Source: an uncultured bacterium (lineage in GTDB: Bacteria > CAZDME01 > JAYEMH01). Taken from it: 61,085 nt of DNA. Numbering within the stretch: the stretch's first letter is position 1; every line of letters begins with the position of its first letter. This document shows, in pieces, positions 24,706-34,121 of this stretch. The stretch is taken from positions 1-61,085 of the forward strand of contig CAZDME010000001.1 of the NCBI GenBank assembly GCA_964506785.1. Reading direction: 5' to 3'. The translations under genes and the position numbers were made by a program. Under the pieces are notes generated by a model that saw nothing but the letters and a program-made list of their open reading frames with translations, made no database searches and had not been told where the DNA came from.

Positions 24706-25713
24706 ATGGAACCTATTCAAAGAAATAACGGGTTTAATTTCCCGCGGCAATCGGCAGGATTTTTTAAAAGTTTTTTCGTTTTACTTCTGTGCATACAATT
24801 TTTCTTTTCTCCCGATTTAAAAGGAGAAGTTATAGACCGGGTGCTTGCCGTAGTTAACGGGGAGATAATTACCGAAAGCGAGCTTGAAGCGGCCCTCATT
24901 CCTCTTGAACTTCAGTATGAGCAAACAGTAAAATCAAAGAGGGAACTCAGGCAGAAGTTAAAAGAGGCAAAAAAGCTAACTTTAGAGCAGTTGATTGAAA
25001 ACAAAATATTGCTTCAAAAGGCTCAAGAAGAAAAGATTCAAATAGCCAAAGAGGAAAAGGATAAGTTAATCGAAGATATTAAAAGGAGCTTCGCCACACC
25101 AGAGAAATTTAAAGAATGGCTCAAGGCCCAGCAATTAACCGAACGGACCTTAAAAGAACGGCTCATTGAACGGGAAGTTATCCGCAAATTGATTAATAAG
25201 GAACTGCGGCCAGGCATTCAGATTAGTCCCGAAGAGGTAAAAAAGTTTTATGAAGATAATAAAGAGAAATTCAAAGATGATGCCCAGGTTAACCTGGGTT
25301 ATATTCTGATTAAAGGGCCGCCTGAGAGAGAAGAAAGTGAGGCAGAAATTTTAATCAGCCAGGTCTGGGCGAAACTTTCCGAAGGAATGGATTTTAATCT
25401 TCTGGTTAAGGAATATTCAGACGGGCCCAAGAAGTTTAACGGTGGAGAATGGGGATTTGTTAATATTCAAACCTTGCCCCCTGAACTGCGTGAACTTGTT
25501 GAAAAATTAGAAGTGGGAGAAATAAGCGAAATTATCCGCACCCCCTCAGGATTTAATGTTTTGAGGCTCACCGGGAAAAAGGACGCAAGACAGCAGGAGC
25601 TTTCTGAAGTAGAAGATTTAATCGAAGAGCAGATTTTCCGCAGCAAATTAGAAATAAAATACCAGCCCTGGCTGGATGAACTTAAAGAAGAGGCCTATAT
25701 CGAACGGAAATAA
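24706..25713 (+). CDS. SurA-like chaperone / parvulin PPIase
   Basis: Trimmed to ATG 24706, one nt after the upstream stop. SurA_N-like region plus a parvulin domain (GGEWGFVN, SGFNVLRL). Confidence 0.78.
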   Translation: MEPIQRNNGFNFPRQSAGFFKSFFVLLLCIQFFFSPDLKGEVIDRVLAVVNGEIITESELEAALIPLELQYEQTVKSKRELRQKLKEAKKLTLEQLIENKILLQKAQEEKIQIAKEEKDKLIEDIKRSFATPEKFKEWLKAQQLTERTLKERLIEREVIRKLINKELRPGIQISPEEVKKFYEDNKEKFKDDAQVNLGYILIKGPPEREESEAEILISQVWAKLSEGMDFNLLVKEYSDGPKKFNGGEWGFVNIQTLPPELRELVEKLEVGEISEIIRTPSGFNVLRLTGKKDARQQELSEVEDLIEEQIFRSKLEIKYQPWLDELKEEAYIERK

Positions 25714-25717
25714 TTAG

Positions 25718-27181
25718 ATGGAATTAAACGAACTAACGGCTCATCAGCTCCGGGATAAAATCAAGAAGAAAGAAATTCAAGCGGCCGATATATTAGAAAG
25801 TGTTTTTCGAAGAATCAACCAGGTAGAAAAAAAAATTGCTGCCTTTATTTCGTTAGATAAAGAAAAAGCGGAAAAGGCTATTTTTTCTTTAGAAGAAGGA
25901 AAAAACATTAAAGGAGTTTCTTATCTTTACGCTATCCCCATGGCGGTTAAAGATAATATCTGCGTTAAAGATGGGAGGACAAGCTGTGCTTCGCGCATTT
26001 TATCTTCCTTCACCTCCCCTTATTCAGCGACAATAGTTGAACGATTGGAAGACTCCGGCGCAATTATCTTTGGGAAAACTAATCTTGACGAATTTGCCAT
26101 GGGGTCTTCTACAGAAACTTCCTGTTTCGGCCCCAGCCGCAATCCCTGGGATATTGAGGTTATTCCGGGCGGGTCAAGCGGCGGCAGCGCAGCTGCTGTG
26201 GCTGCCGATGAAACGATTGCCGCGATTGGTTCAGATACCGGCGGCTCTATCCGCCAGCCAGCGGCTTGCTGTGGTGTGGTCGGGATGAAACCCAGTTATG
26301 GTTTAGTTTCTCGATATGGACTGGTTGCCTTTGCCTCCTCCCTGGATCAAATCGGCCCGATAACTAAGGATGTTTATGACGCCGCTTTGCTTTTAAATGT
26401 CCTGGCTGGCTCGGATGGGCGCGATTCTACTTCCATCCCCAATTTACCCAATAGAGATTATACCCGGGCTCTCCTGACCGGGGTAAAAGGCATGAAAATC
26501 GGCCTGCCTAAAGAATATTTTTTGCCCGGTTTGAGCAGTGAGGTGGAAAAGGCAGTAAGGGAGGCGGTCGGTTTATTAGAAAAATCAGGGGCGGAAATTA
26601 AAGAAATTTCTCTTCCTCATACCGAATATTGTCTGCCGGTTTATTATATCATCGCTACCGCTGAAGCCAGTGCCAACCTGGCGCGTTATGACGGCGTCAG
26701 GTACGGATATAGAAAAGAAGGGAAGATGAATTTGACAGCGATGTATGAAAAGACTCGCGGTGAAGGCTTTGGCGAGGAGGTAAAGCGGAGGATTATGCTG
26801 GGAACTTATGCCCTTTCGGCCGGATATTATGAAGCTTATTATCTCAAGGCACAGAAAGTAAGGGCCCTGATAAAAAACGATTTTGATGAGGCCTTTAAAA
26901 AAGTAGAAGCGATTATTACCCCGACGATACCCACCCCGGCCTTTAAAATCGGAGAAAAAACCGATGATCCCCTGCAAATGTATCTTTCTGATATTTTTAC
27001 TATTTCGGTTAATTTAGCCGGGCTTCCGGCTATTTCTATTCCCTGCGGCTTCAGCCAAGCCGGCCTTCCCATTGGCCTGCAGATTATCGGGCCTTATTTG
27101 GGGGAGGAGAAAGTTTTAAAACTGGCTTATGCCTATGAGAAAGAGACCGATTGGCATCAACGGAAACCCAGGCTTTCGTGA
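25718..27181 (+). CDS. gatA: Asp/Glu-tRNA amidotransferase subunit A
   Basis: 487 aa. Amidase signature GGSSGGSAAAVAA. Confidence 0.95.
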   Translation: MELNELTAHQLRDKIKKKEIQAADILESVFRRINQVEKKIAAFISLDKEKAEKAIFSLEEGKNIKGVSYLYAIPMAVKDNICVKDGRTSCASRILSSFTSPYSATIVERLEDSGAIIFGKTNLDEFAMGSSTETSCFGPSRNPWDIEVIPGGSSGGSAAAVAADETIAAIGSDTGGSIRQPAACCGVVGMKPSYGLVSRYGLVAFASSLDQIGPITKDVYDAALLLNVLAGSDGRDSTSIPNLPNRDYTRALLTGVKGMKIGLPKEYFLPGLSSEVEKAVREAVGLLEKSGAEIKEISLPHTEYCLPVYYIIATAEASANLARYDGVRYGYRKEGKMNLTAMYEKTRGEGFGEEVKRRIMLGTYALSAGYYEAYYLKAQKVRALIKNDFDEAFKKVEAIITPTIPTPAFKIGEKTDDPLQMYLSDIFTISVNLAGLPAISIPCGFSQAGLPIGLQIIGPYLGEEKVLKLAYAYEKETDWHQRKPRLS

Positions 27182-27221
27182 AAAAGGAATAAGTTAATAA
27201 TGAGCAACGAAACCCCCGCCA

Positions 27222-27250
27222 TTTTATCACACTTACGAAGTGTGATAAAA
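27222..27250. repeat. REP hairpin (dispersed copy, loop ACG)
   Basis: ttttatcacactt-acg-aagtgtgataaaa, with flanks cccgcca and gtgtggtgttttctgctttaaacg. Confidence 0.9.
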
Positions 27251-27270
27251 GTGTGGTGTTTTCTGCTTTA

Positions 27271-27329
27271 AACGAGACAATGTGATAACGGGACAACGAG
27301 ATAACGAGCAACGGGATAACGGGATGACG
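27271..27329 (+). repeat. family-B array containing the gatB start codon
   Basis: aacg agacaatg tgataacg ggacaacg agataacg agcaacg ggataacg ggATGacg. Confidence 0.85.
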
Positions 27330-28802
27330 AATTATCAAGTAGTTATTGGTTTAGAGGTTCATCTTCAGTTAAAAACGGAATCAAAAATTTTCTGCGGCTG
27401 CTCGGCTGAATATAACCTTGAACCTAATATTCAGGGTTGCCCAGTTTGTGCGGGTTTGCCCGGGGTGCTCCCGGTTTTAAACGAAAAAGCCAAACGCTTT
27501 ACTTTAATGGCGGCACTGGCCTTAAATTGTAAAATAAATCCCTTTTCCAGTTTTTCCCGCAAGCAATATTTTTATCCGGATTTGCCTAAGAATTACCAGA
27601 TTTCCCAGTACGATTTACCCGTGGCCGAAAATGGAAGCCTGGAAGTTGAAATAGGAGGGAAAATAAAGAAAATCGGGATTACCAGGGTTCATTTAGAAGA
27701 GGATGCCGGAAAACTTTTGCACTATATCGGCTCGCGGGCCTTGGAGCACAGCCTGGTTGATTTAAACCGTTCCGGACTGCCTCTTTTGGAAATTGTCAGC
27801 GAGCCGGATATGTATTCCTCGGAGGAGGCCTTTAGCTATCTGCAAGAGTTAAAGTCACTCATCCAGTATATCGGGGTAAGCGATTGTAATATGGAAGAAG
27901 GCAGCCTTCGCTGCGATGCCAATATTTCCATAAGAAAGGACAAAACCCATGTCTTGGGGGTAAAAACAGAACTTAAAAACATGAATTCTTTTCGGGCGGT
28001 AAAAAAAGCCCTGGATTATGAGGTAAAAAGGCAAAAAGAAGTTTTATCTCAAAGGAAAAAAATTGTCCAGGAAACCAGGCTCTGGGATGAAAAAGAAGGA
28101 ATTACTCATCCAATGCGGCGCAAGGAAGAAGCTCACGATTACCGTTATTTCCCCGAGCCGGACTTATTGCCCCTCTTGACAGATAAGGCGGAAATAGAAG
28201 AAATAAAAAAGACCCTTCCGGAGCTGCCGGCCCAACGAAGAAAGCGCTTCCAGGGCCAATATAGTTTATCGGCTTACGATGTTTCTGTTATTACCTCTGA
28301 GAAAGAATTGTCGGATTTTTATGAAGATGTCGTTAAGGAATATGCCAAGAAAGAAAAATTAAAACCAGAGATTCACAAAAAAATAGCCAACTGGATTATG
28401 GGGGATTTTAAAGCCCGGCTTAAAGACCAAAAGATTAGTGTCCTTGAATTACCAGTTAGCGCCCGTCATTTATCTGATTTAGTTAAATTGATTGAAGACG
28501 GGAAAATTAACCTCCGGCAGGCTAAAGAGGTTTTAAAAGAAATGATGGAAGAAAAATCTAAAGAAACGCCTTTACCCTCTGTTATCATCGGACAGAAAGG
28601 GGTGGGGCAAATTAGCGACCAAGGTGCCATAAAAGAGATTATCCGAGAAGTGATTGATGAAAATAAAAAAGCAGCTGAACGCTTGCGGCAGGGGGAGGAA
28701 AAAGTTTTAGGATATCTCATCGGGCAGGTAATGAAGAAAACTCAAGGGAAGGCGAACCCCAGCTTAATTAATAAAATTTTGAAAGAAGAACTTGCTTCGT
28801 AA
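27324..28802 (+). CDS. gatB: Asp/Glu-tRNA amidotransferase subunit B
   Basis: ORF 27282-28802 trimmed to ATG 27324 (MTNYQVVIGLEVHLQL, a typical GatB N-terminus). Confidence 0.95.
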   Translation: MTNYQVVIGLEVHLQLKTESKIFCGCSAEYNLEPNIQGCPVCAGLPGVLPVLNEKAKRFTLMAALALNCKINPFSSFSRKQYFYPDLPKNYQISQYDLPVAENGSLEVEIGGKIKKIGITRVHLEEDAGKLLHYIGSRALEHSLVDLNRSGLPLLEIVSEPDMYSSEEAFSYLQELKSLIQYIGVSDCNMEEGSLRCDANISIRKDKTHVLGVKTELKNMNSFRAVKKALDYEVKRQKEVLSQRKKIVQETRLWDEKEGITHPMRRKEEAHDYRYFPEPDLLPLLTDKAEIEEIKKTLPELPAQRRKRFQGQYSLSAYDVSVITSEKELSDFYEDVVKEYAKKEKLKPEIHKKIANWIMGDFKARLKDQKISVLELPVSARHLSDLVKLIEDGKINLRQAKEVLKEMMEEKSKETPLPSVIIGQKGVGQISDQGAIKEIIREVIDENKKAAERLRQGEEKVLGYLIGQVMKKTQGKANPSLINKILKEELAS

Positions 28803-28818
28803 TTTTTACCCGCCAGCG

Positions 28819-28853
28819 GTGGGCTTGTCCGCCAATGGCGGGACTGCCCACCC
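28819..28853 (+). terminator. GC-rich imperfect hairpin after gatB (no T-run)
   Basis: ggtgggcttgtccgcc-aat-ggcgggactgcccacc. Confidence 0.3.
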
Positions 28854-28904
28854 GGCATGAATCGAAAAAAGGAGATAAGCGGATAGCAAAATCAGGAGAA
28901 AATA

Positions 28905-29756
28905 ATGGCCATAACAGAAAAGAAACTCAAGGAATTAGAGAAAAAATGCAATCAGATTCGCTGTGAAGTCTTGAAGATGCTTAACCGTGCTCGTTCCGGG
29001 CACATTGGCGGTTCACTTTCCTGTATTGAATTGATTGTTGCTCTTTATTACCACCTCATGCGCCATCATCCCAAGGATCCCGATTGGCCCGGACGGGACC
29101 GTTTTCATCTTTCCAAGGGGCATGCGGCTCCCACCTGGTATGCGGTGCTGGCCGATTTAGGTTATTTTTCTAAAGAAGAACTAAAAAGCCTGCGGTCTCT
29201 GGGCAGTATCTTACAGGGACATCCGGATATGACGCGTACTCCCGGGGTAGAAATGACCAGTGGTTCTTTGGGACAGGGATTATCAGTCGCCATGGGTATG
29301 GCTTTAGCCGCCAAATTAGACCGGAAGGATTCCCGGATCTATGTATTATTAGGTGACGGAGAAATACAGGAGGGCCAAATCTGGGAAGCGGCTATGAGTG
29401 CCGGACATTATAAACTGGATAATCTTTCCGCTTTCGTTGATTATAACAAACTGCAGATAGACGGTAAACTTGCCGAGATTATTGATATCGAACCTTTAAA
29501 GGACAAGTGGCGTTCTTTTAATTGGGAGGTTTTCGAAATAGATGGGCATGACATAAGGGCGATTGTTTCGGCCTGCGAGAAGGCCAAGAAGGTGAAAGGC
29601 CGGCCAACAATGATTATTGCCCATACGGTAAAGGGCAAAGGAATCAGCTTTATGGAAGATGTGGTCGATTATCATGGAGTTGTCCCGACGGATGAAGAAT
29701 GTGCCTGCGCTCTTGAAGAGTTGAAAGATAAAAAAGATAAAAAGGATAAAGATTAA
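28905..29756 (+). CDS. transketolase, N-terminal (TPP-binding) subunit
   Basis: 283 aa. Motifs GHIGGSLS and GDGEIQEGQIWEA. Confidence 0.93.
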   Translation: MAITEKKLKELEKKCNQIRCEVLKMLNRARSGHIGGSLSCIELIVALYYHLMRHHPKDPDWPGRDRFHLSKGHAAPTWYAVLADLGYFSKEELKSLRSLGSILQGHPDMTRTPGVEMTSGSLGQGLSVAMGMALAAKLDRKDSRIYVLLGDGEIQEGQIWEAAMSAGHYKLDNLSAFVDYNKLQIDGKLAEIIDIEPLKDKWRSFNWEVFEIDGHDIRAIVSACEKAKKVKGRPTMIIAHTVKGKGISFMEDVVDYHGVVPTDEECACALEELKDKKDKKDKD

Positions 29757-29810
29757 ATTAGGGAGTGGATGCGGGATATTTCTTAAAAAGGTAAAAATAA
29801 AGAGGAAAGG

Positions 29811-30788
29811 ATGAATAAAAAAATGGAATTTATCTCCTGCCGCGATATTTATGCATCGACGCTTATTGATTTAGGAAAGACCAATAAAGATATTGTTGTT
29901 CTTGATGCCGATTTGGCTAAATCTACCCGCACCTTAAAATTTGGGAAAGTTTTTCCTGATCGGTTTTTTGACTTAGGTGTGGCTGAACAAAATATGATGG
30001 GGGTAGCGGCTGGTTTAGCGGCTTCCGGCAAAACAGCCTTCGCCAGCTCTTTTGCTATGTTTGCCTCGGGCCGGGCCTGGGAGCAAATTCGCAATACCAT
30101 AGCTTATTCTAACCTTAATGTAAAAATTTTTGTTACCCACGGAGGCATATCCGTTGGCGGCGATGGTTCCAGCCACCAATCCTTAGAAGATATCGCCTTA
30201 ATGCGGGTTTTGCCGCAAATGAGGGTACTTGTTCCTTTAGACGGTTATGAAACGGAAAAAGCCGTCCGTCTGGCCGCCAAATCTCCCGGACCTTTCTATA
30301 TCAGGGTCAGCCGGGAGAAGGTGCCGCAATTGACCAAAAAAGGGGATAAGTTCATTTTGGGGAAAAGCAGTTTACTTCATCCTGGAGGAGATGTGACCAT
30401 TATTGCCTATGGGTTAATGGCCTTCGAGGGTTTAAAGGCAGAGAAAATTTTAGCCCAGGAAGGTATTAGTGTCCGCCTCATTAATATGTCAACTATAAAA
30501 CCCATTGATGAGGAGGCAATTCTCCAGGCCGCCGAAGAGACCGGATTAATTGTTACCGCCGAGGAGCATTCAATAATTGGCGGTTTGGGAAGCGCGGTGG
30601 CTGAGTTTCTATCAGAAAAAAATCCCACCCCGGTCATTCGTATCGGCACCCGGGATAGATTTGGCCAGTCCGGCGCGCCGCGGGATCTTTTTGCCGAATA
30701 TCATTTACTGGCCAAGGATATCGTTGCCGCCGTAAAAAAAGGATTGAAAATCAAAACTTCCGCCAAAAAGAGCGGCGTAGAGGCTTAG
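29811..30788 (+). CDS. transketolase, C-terminal (pyrimidine-binding) subunit
   Basis: 325 aa. FDLGVAEQNMMGVAAGLA. Follows the N-terminal subunit. Confidence 0.93.
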   Translation: MNKKMEFISCRDIYASTLIDLGKTNKDIVVLDADLAKSTRTLKFGKVFPDRFFDLGVAEQNMMGVAAGLAASGKTAFASSFAMFASGRAWEQIRNTIAYSNLNVKIFVTHGGISVGGDGSSHQSLEDIALMRVLPQMRVLVPLDGYETEKAVRLAAKSPGPFYIRVSREKVPQLTKKGDKFILGKSSLLHPGGDVTIIAYGLMAFEGLKAEKILAQEGISVRLINMSTIKPIDEEAILQAAEETGLIVTAEEHSIIGGLGSAVAEFLSEKNPTPVIRIGTRDRFGQSGAPRDLFAEYHLLAKDIVAAVKKGLKIKTSAKKSGVEA

Positions 30789-30865
30789 CTGATTGCTCAT
30801 AGCTCTTAGTGGATAACTAACTAATCTTTTTTCGTCTAACCATGAGCCATGAGCAAAGAGCAAAC
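30789..30865. repeat. family-A heptamer element, homologous to 1981-2053
   Basis: ctgattgctcatagctcttagtgg, then a spacer, then taaccatgagccatgagcaaagagcaaac. Confidence 0.8.
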
Positions 30866-30885
30866 AGCCAGGGGGAGTTAGGAGA

Positions 30886-30920
30886 CAAACTGTAAACTGT
30901 CCACTGTACACTGTTAACTG
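30886..30920 (-). repeat. family-C heptamer array, inverted orientation (units ending in CTG)
   Basis: caaactg taaactg tccactg tacactg ttaactg. This is the reverse complement of the CAG-type units at 19451-19492. Confidence 0.88.
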
Positions 30921-30932
30921 GAAACTTAACCC

Positions 30933-31457
30933 ATGTCCATCAAATACAGCCTAAGGCTTCTTAATATTATTACCGCGGTGGTTCTTTTAATTTTCTCTTC
31001 CTTTATGATTATTAAACTGAACAAAGCTGCCAATACCATAGAAACATTGGTTTTCCTAAAGGATGATTTAAGCAAGGAGGAGATTGAAGGGTTAAAAATG
31101 CGCCTCAAGGCCTTTAAAGGGATAAAAACAATAAAATTTTCTCATCCCGATGAAACTCTCAAAATGTGGACAAAAACCATAGAGAGAAAAAAACTTTTAG
31201 AAATTATTGATACAAACCCATTTCCGCCTCTTTTCCGAATCCAACTAAAAAAAGGAAAAAGCCTGAGAAGCCTTTACCGGATGAGGACCACCCTCGAACA
31301 AATTTCCGGGATCAAGAAAGTTGAGTATGGCGGAAGGCGGACGGAAGAGGTAATCAAGCGGACCCAGAGATATCTTTTTGCCTTTATTGTTGCCTTTTTT
31401 GCCGCTTTAATAAATATTTTAGACCATGTTTTTATCACCTATTATACGCGGAAGTAG
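30933..31457 (+). CDS. FtsX-like protein reduced to TM1-extracellular domain-TM2
   Basis: 174 aa. TM helix, an FtsX-ECD-like region (VFLKDDLSKEEIEGLKMRL...NPFPP...GIKKVEY), a second TM helix, then a stop. TM3 and TM4 are absent. Confidence 0.55.
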   Translation: MSIKYSLRLLNIITAVVLLIFSSFMIIKLNKAANTIETLVFLKDDLSKEEIEGLKMRLKAFKGIKTIKFSHPDETLKMWTKTIERKKLLEIIDTNPFPPLFRIQLKKGKSLRSLYRMRTTLEQISGIKKVEYGGRRTEEVIKRTQRYLFAFIVAFFAALINILDHVFITYYTRK

Positions 31458-31488
31458 AAAAAAACGGGCACTCTCCGTTTTTCATAAA

Positions 31489-32661
31489 ATGAAAAGCTGC
31501 TTGTTCTATTGTCTAATTATATTTGCAGGTTTGTTTTTTGATTTCCCTTTTCTTTATGCCGCCGATAAGGTCCGAGACCCCGGGGGGCAGGTCTCGCACA
31601 AAGACATTATTGAAAAGAAAAAGAATCTAGGCACCCTGCAAAAGAAGATGGAGGAATATGAAAGGAAAAAAAGACGGGCGCAGGGGAAAGAAAAGGTGGT
31701 AACAAGGGACTTAAAAAAAATTAGCGCTGACCTTAAAGCCCGCCAGAAAGAAATATCTATCTATGCTTGGAATTTAGGGAAAAATAAGAGAGAAGAGGAA
31801 TTATTACTGGCTTCTTTCCAAAAAATAGCTGATAAAAAACGGCAATTGACCGAACAGTTAATTAAGGAGGTAAAAATTAGATTCAAAGAAAGCCTCATCC
31901 CCCAGTTTATTGCCTTCCCCTCTGATTTAGGAAGTTTAACCATTCAAGATGAGCTTGATTATCTATTTGACTCCTCTATCGTTTCTTTCGGCCAAAACCT
32001 GAACCAAAAACTGAGTAACAAAGAAGAAGAAAAAGAAAAGCTGGAAAGATACCGCGATATAGAACTTACCTATAAAAAAATTGCCGAGGAAAAGGAGGAA
32101 AAAGCTAAAAGCCTTCATAAGAAAAAGAAAAAGCTTTTAACCCGCTACCAGAAGGAAAAAAAGGAACACGATAGGAAGATTAAGGAATTCAAGGAGCAGA
32201 TGTTTTCCTTGGAACAAATGATTAAAGCTCTTGAGAAGACGCAGCGGCTGACTCGGGGTTTTCGCGGCGGTTATTTCCGGAAAAGTAAAGGGAAACTATT
32301 TATGCCGGTAGATGGCCAGATTCTTAAGGTCCGTTATGGGAAAAGCACCAATATCTATAAAGGGATAATGATAAAAGCCCCCCGGGGAAAAGGAGTAGTT
32401 TGTGTGGCCGATGGGAAGGTGATGTATGGAGATTGGTTCCGGGGGTTTGGCAATATTCTCATCATTGATCATGGCGGCGGCTATTCAACCCTGTATGCCC
32501 ATCTGGAGGAGACGATGGTTGAGAAAGACGATCTGGTAAAGGAAGGACAGGTTATCGCTGCGGTAGGCGATACCGGTTCGTTAACGACTGAACCCAGGCT
32601 TTATTTTGAAATCCGCCGCTATGGCGAGTCTTTGAATCCTTTGGAATGGCTTAAAAAATAA
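31489..32661 (+). CDS. EnvC-like coiled-coil protein with a degenerate LytM (M23) domain
   Basis: Trimmed to ATG 31489 (signal-like MKSCLFYCLIIFAGLFF). Long coiled coil. The M23 fold lacks the catalytic residues (KGIMIKAP in place of HxGID, RLYFEI in place of HLHFE). Confidence 0.8.
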   Translation: MKSCLFYCLIIFAGLFFDFPFLYAADKVRDPGGQVSHKDIIEKKKNLGTLQKKMEEYERKKRRAQGKEKVVTRDLKKISADLKARQKEISIYAWNLGKNKREEELLLASFQKIADKKRQLTEQLIKEVKIRFKESLIPQFIAFPSDLGSLTIQDELDYLFDSSIVSFGQNLNQKLSNKEEEKEKLERYRDIELTYKKIAEEKEEKAKSLHKKKKKLLTRYQKEKKEHDRKIKEFKEQMFSLEQMIKALEKTQRLTRGFRGGYFRKSKGKLFMPVDGQILKVRYGKSTNIYKGIMIKAPRGKGVVCVADGKVMYGDWFRGFGNILIIDHGGGYSTLYAHLEETMVEKDDLVKEGQVIAAVGDTGSLTTEPRLYFEIRRYGESLNPLEWLKK

Positions 32662-32665
32662 ATAC

Positions 32666-32708
32666 CGTTATCCCGTTGTTCGTTATTTCGTCAACGAGAT
32701 AACGGGAT
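32666..32708. repeat. family-B inverted arrays
   Basis: cgttatc ccgttgtt cgttattt cgtc, then aacg agataacg ggata. Confidence 0.8.
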
Positions 32709-32774
32709 ATTTCAATGCCGTTTCAATGCGGGTTTGAAATTTGAGTTTGGGATTATTAGCTTGGAATTTGTCTT
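32709..32774 (+). repeat. 11-nt duplication plus TTTGnnn heptamers
   Basis: tttcaatgccg tttcaatgcgg, then tttgaaa tttgagt ttgggat tattagc ttggaat ttgtctt. Confidence 0.6.
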
Positions 32775-32809
32775 ACGAGAAAACGAGATAACGGGATAAC
32801 GCAATAACG
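32775..32809 (+). repeat. family-B array upstream of ctpA
   Basis: acg agaaaacg agataacg ggataacg caataacg. Confidence 0.85.
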
Positions 32810-32831
32810 GTTTTTAAGGGGAGGAGATGAA

Positions 32832-34088
32832 ATGGCAAAGAGAATAATTTTATGGGGGATGGTTTGTCTCATTGTTGGATTTATTGCTTATCTGCCAATT
32901 CAGGCGGCAGAGGGGAATCTTTATGAGAATCTTAAGATTTTTACTGACGCCATGAGTCTGGTCCAAATGGAATATGTCAAAGATGTCAATGCCAAGGATT
33001 TAATTTATGGCGCCCTTAAAGGGATGCTATCTTCCTTGGACTCTCACAGCCAGTTTCTTGACCCGGAAACATACAAAGAAACGCAGGTAGAAACCAAGGG
33101 AAAATTCGGCGGGCTGGGCATAGTCATCAGTATAAAGGACAGCCATCTGACCGTCATTTCTCCTTTAGAGGGCACTCCGGCTTACCGTTCGGGTATTAAA
33201 GCTAACGATGTGATTGTCAAAATAAACGGAGAAACCACCAAAGACATTACTTTGACTGACGCCGTCAAGAAATTACGCGGACCGAAAGGAACGCAGGTGA
33301 CCATTACCATTATGAGGGAGGGAGAACCAAAGCTTTTAGATGTTACCATTACCCGCGATATTATTAAGATTGAAAGTGTTAAAAATGTCGAGGTTTTAGA
33401 GAATAAAATCGGCTACATCCGTCTGGTTGAATTTCAGGAAAAAACCGGCAGAGATTTGGAAAAGGCTTTACTCAAGCTGAGTGATGAGGGCATCCAGGCT
33501 TTGATTTTAGATGTTCGTAATAATCCCGGCGGTCTCCTGAACGAGGCGGCTGAGGTTTCCGATAAATTTTTACCCAAAGGAAGGATGATTGTTTATACTC
33601 AAGGGCGGGATAAAGAGGATGTAATCAAATACCTGTCGCGGAAGGACCCGGTCTACCCCGGACTTCCCATGGTTATATTGGTTAACGGGGGTAGTGCCAG
33701 CGCTTCAGAAATTGTTGCTGCAGCCATTCAGGAATGGAACTGCGGCGTAATTCTGGGGACAGAAACTTTTGGAAAGGGCTCGGTGCAGAGTATTCTGCCT
33801 TTAAGAGACGGTTCGGCTCTTCGATTGACCACGGCTAAATATTTTACCCCAAAAGGTATTTCTATCCAGGATACCAAAGTACAGCCTGATATTGTGGTAG
33901 AAATTTCTGAAGAGGATGAACTGAGTTTGATGCGTCAGTCAGAGATGAGCAAGGAAGACAGGGAGAAACTTAAAGAAGAAAAAAAATTGGTGGATGACAT
34001 CCAGCTCGAGAGAGCCAAAGATTTACTAAAGGCAATGGAAGTCTACCAGCAGAAATTAAAAGGTGAAGAAGCCCTAAGTTTGCCGTAA
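32832..34088 (+). CDS. ctpA: carboxy-terminal processing protease (S41)
   Basis: 418 aa. PDZ domain. Motifs GGSASASEI and TFGKGSVQ. Confidence 0.92.
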   Translation: MAKRIILWGMVCLIVGFIAYLPIQAAEGNLYENLKIFTDAMSLVQMEYVKDVNAKDLIYGALKGMLSSLDSHSQFLDPETYKETQVETKGKFGGLGIVISIKDSHLTVISPLEGTPAYRSGIKANDVIVKINGETTKDITLTDAVKKLRGPKGTQVTITIMREGEPKLLDVTITRDIIKIESVKNVEVLENKIGYIRLVEFQEKTGRDLEKALLKLSDEGIQALILDVRNNPGGLLNEAAEVSDKFLPKGRMIVYTQGRDKEDVIKYLSRKDPVYPGLPMVILVNGGSASASEIVAAAIQEWNCGVILGTETFGKGSVQSILPLRDGSALRLTTAKYFTPKGISIQDTKVQPDIVVEISEEDELSLMRQSEMSKEDREKLKEEKKLVDDIQLERAKDLLKAMEVYQQKLKGEEALSLP

Positions 34089-34121
34089 AAATAACATAGC
34101 CCGGATGAAAGGAAAGTTTTT

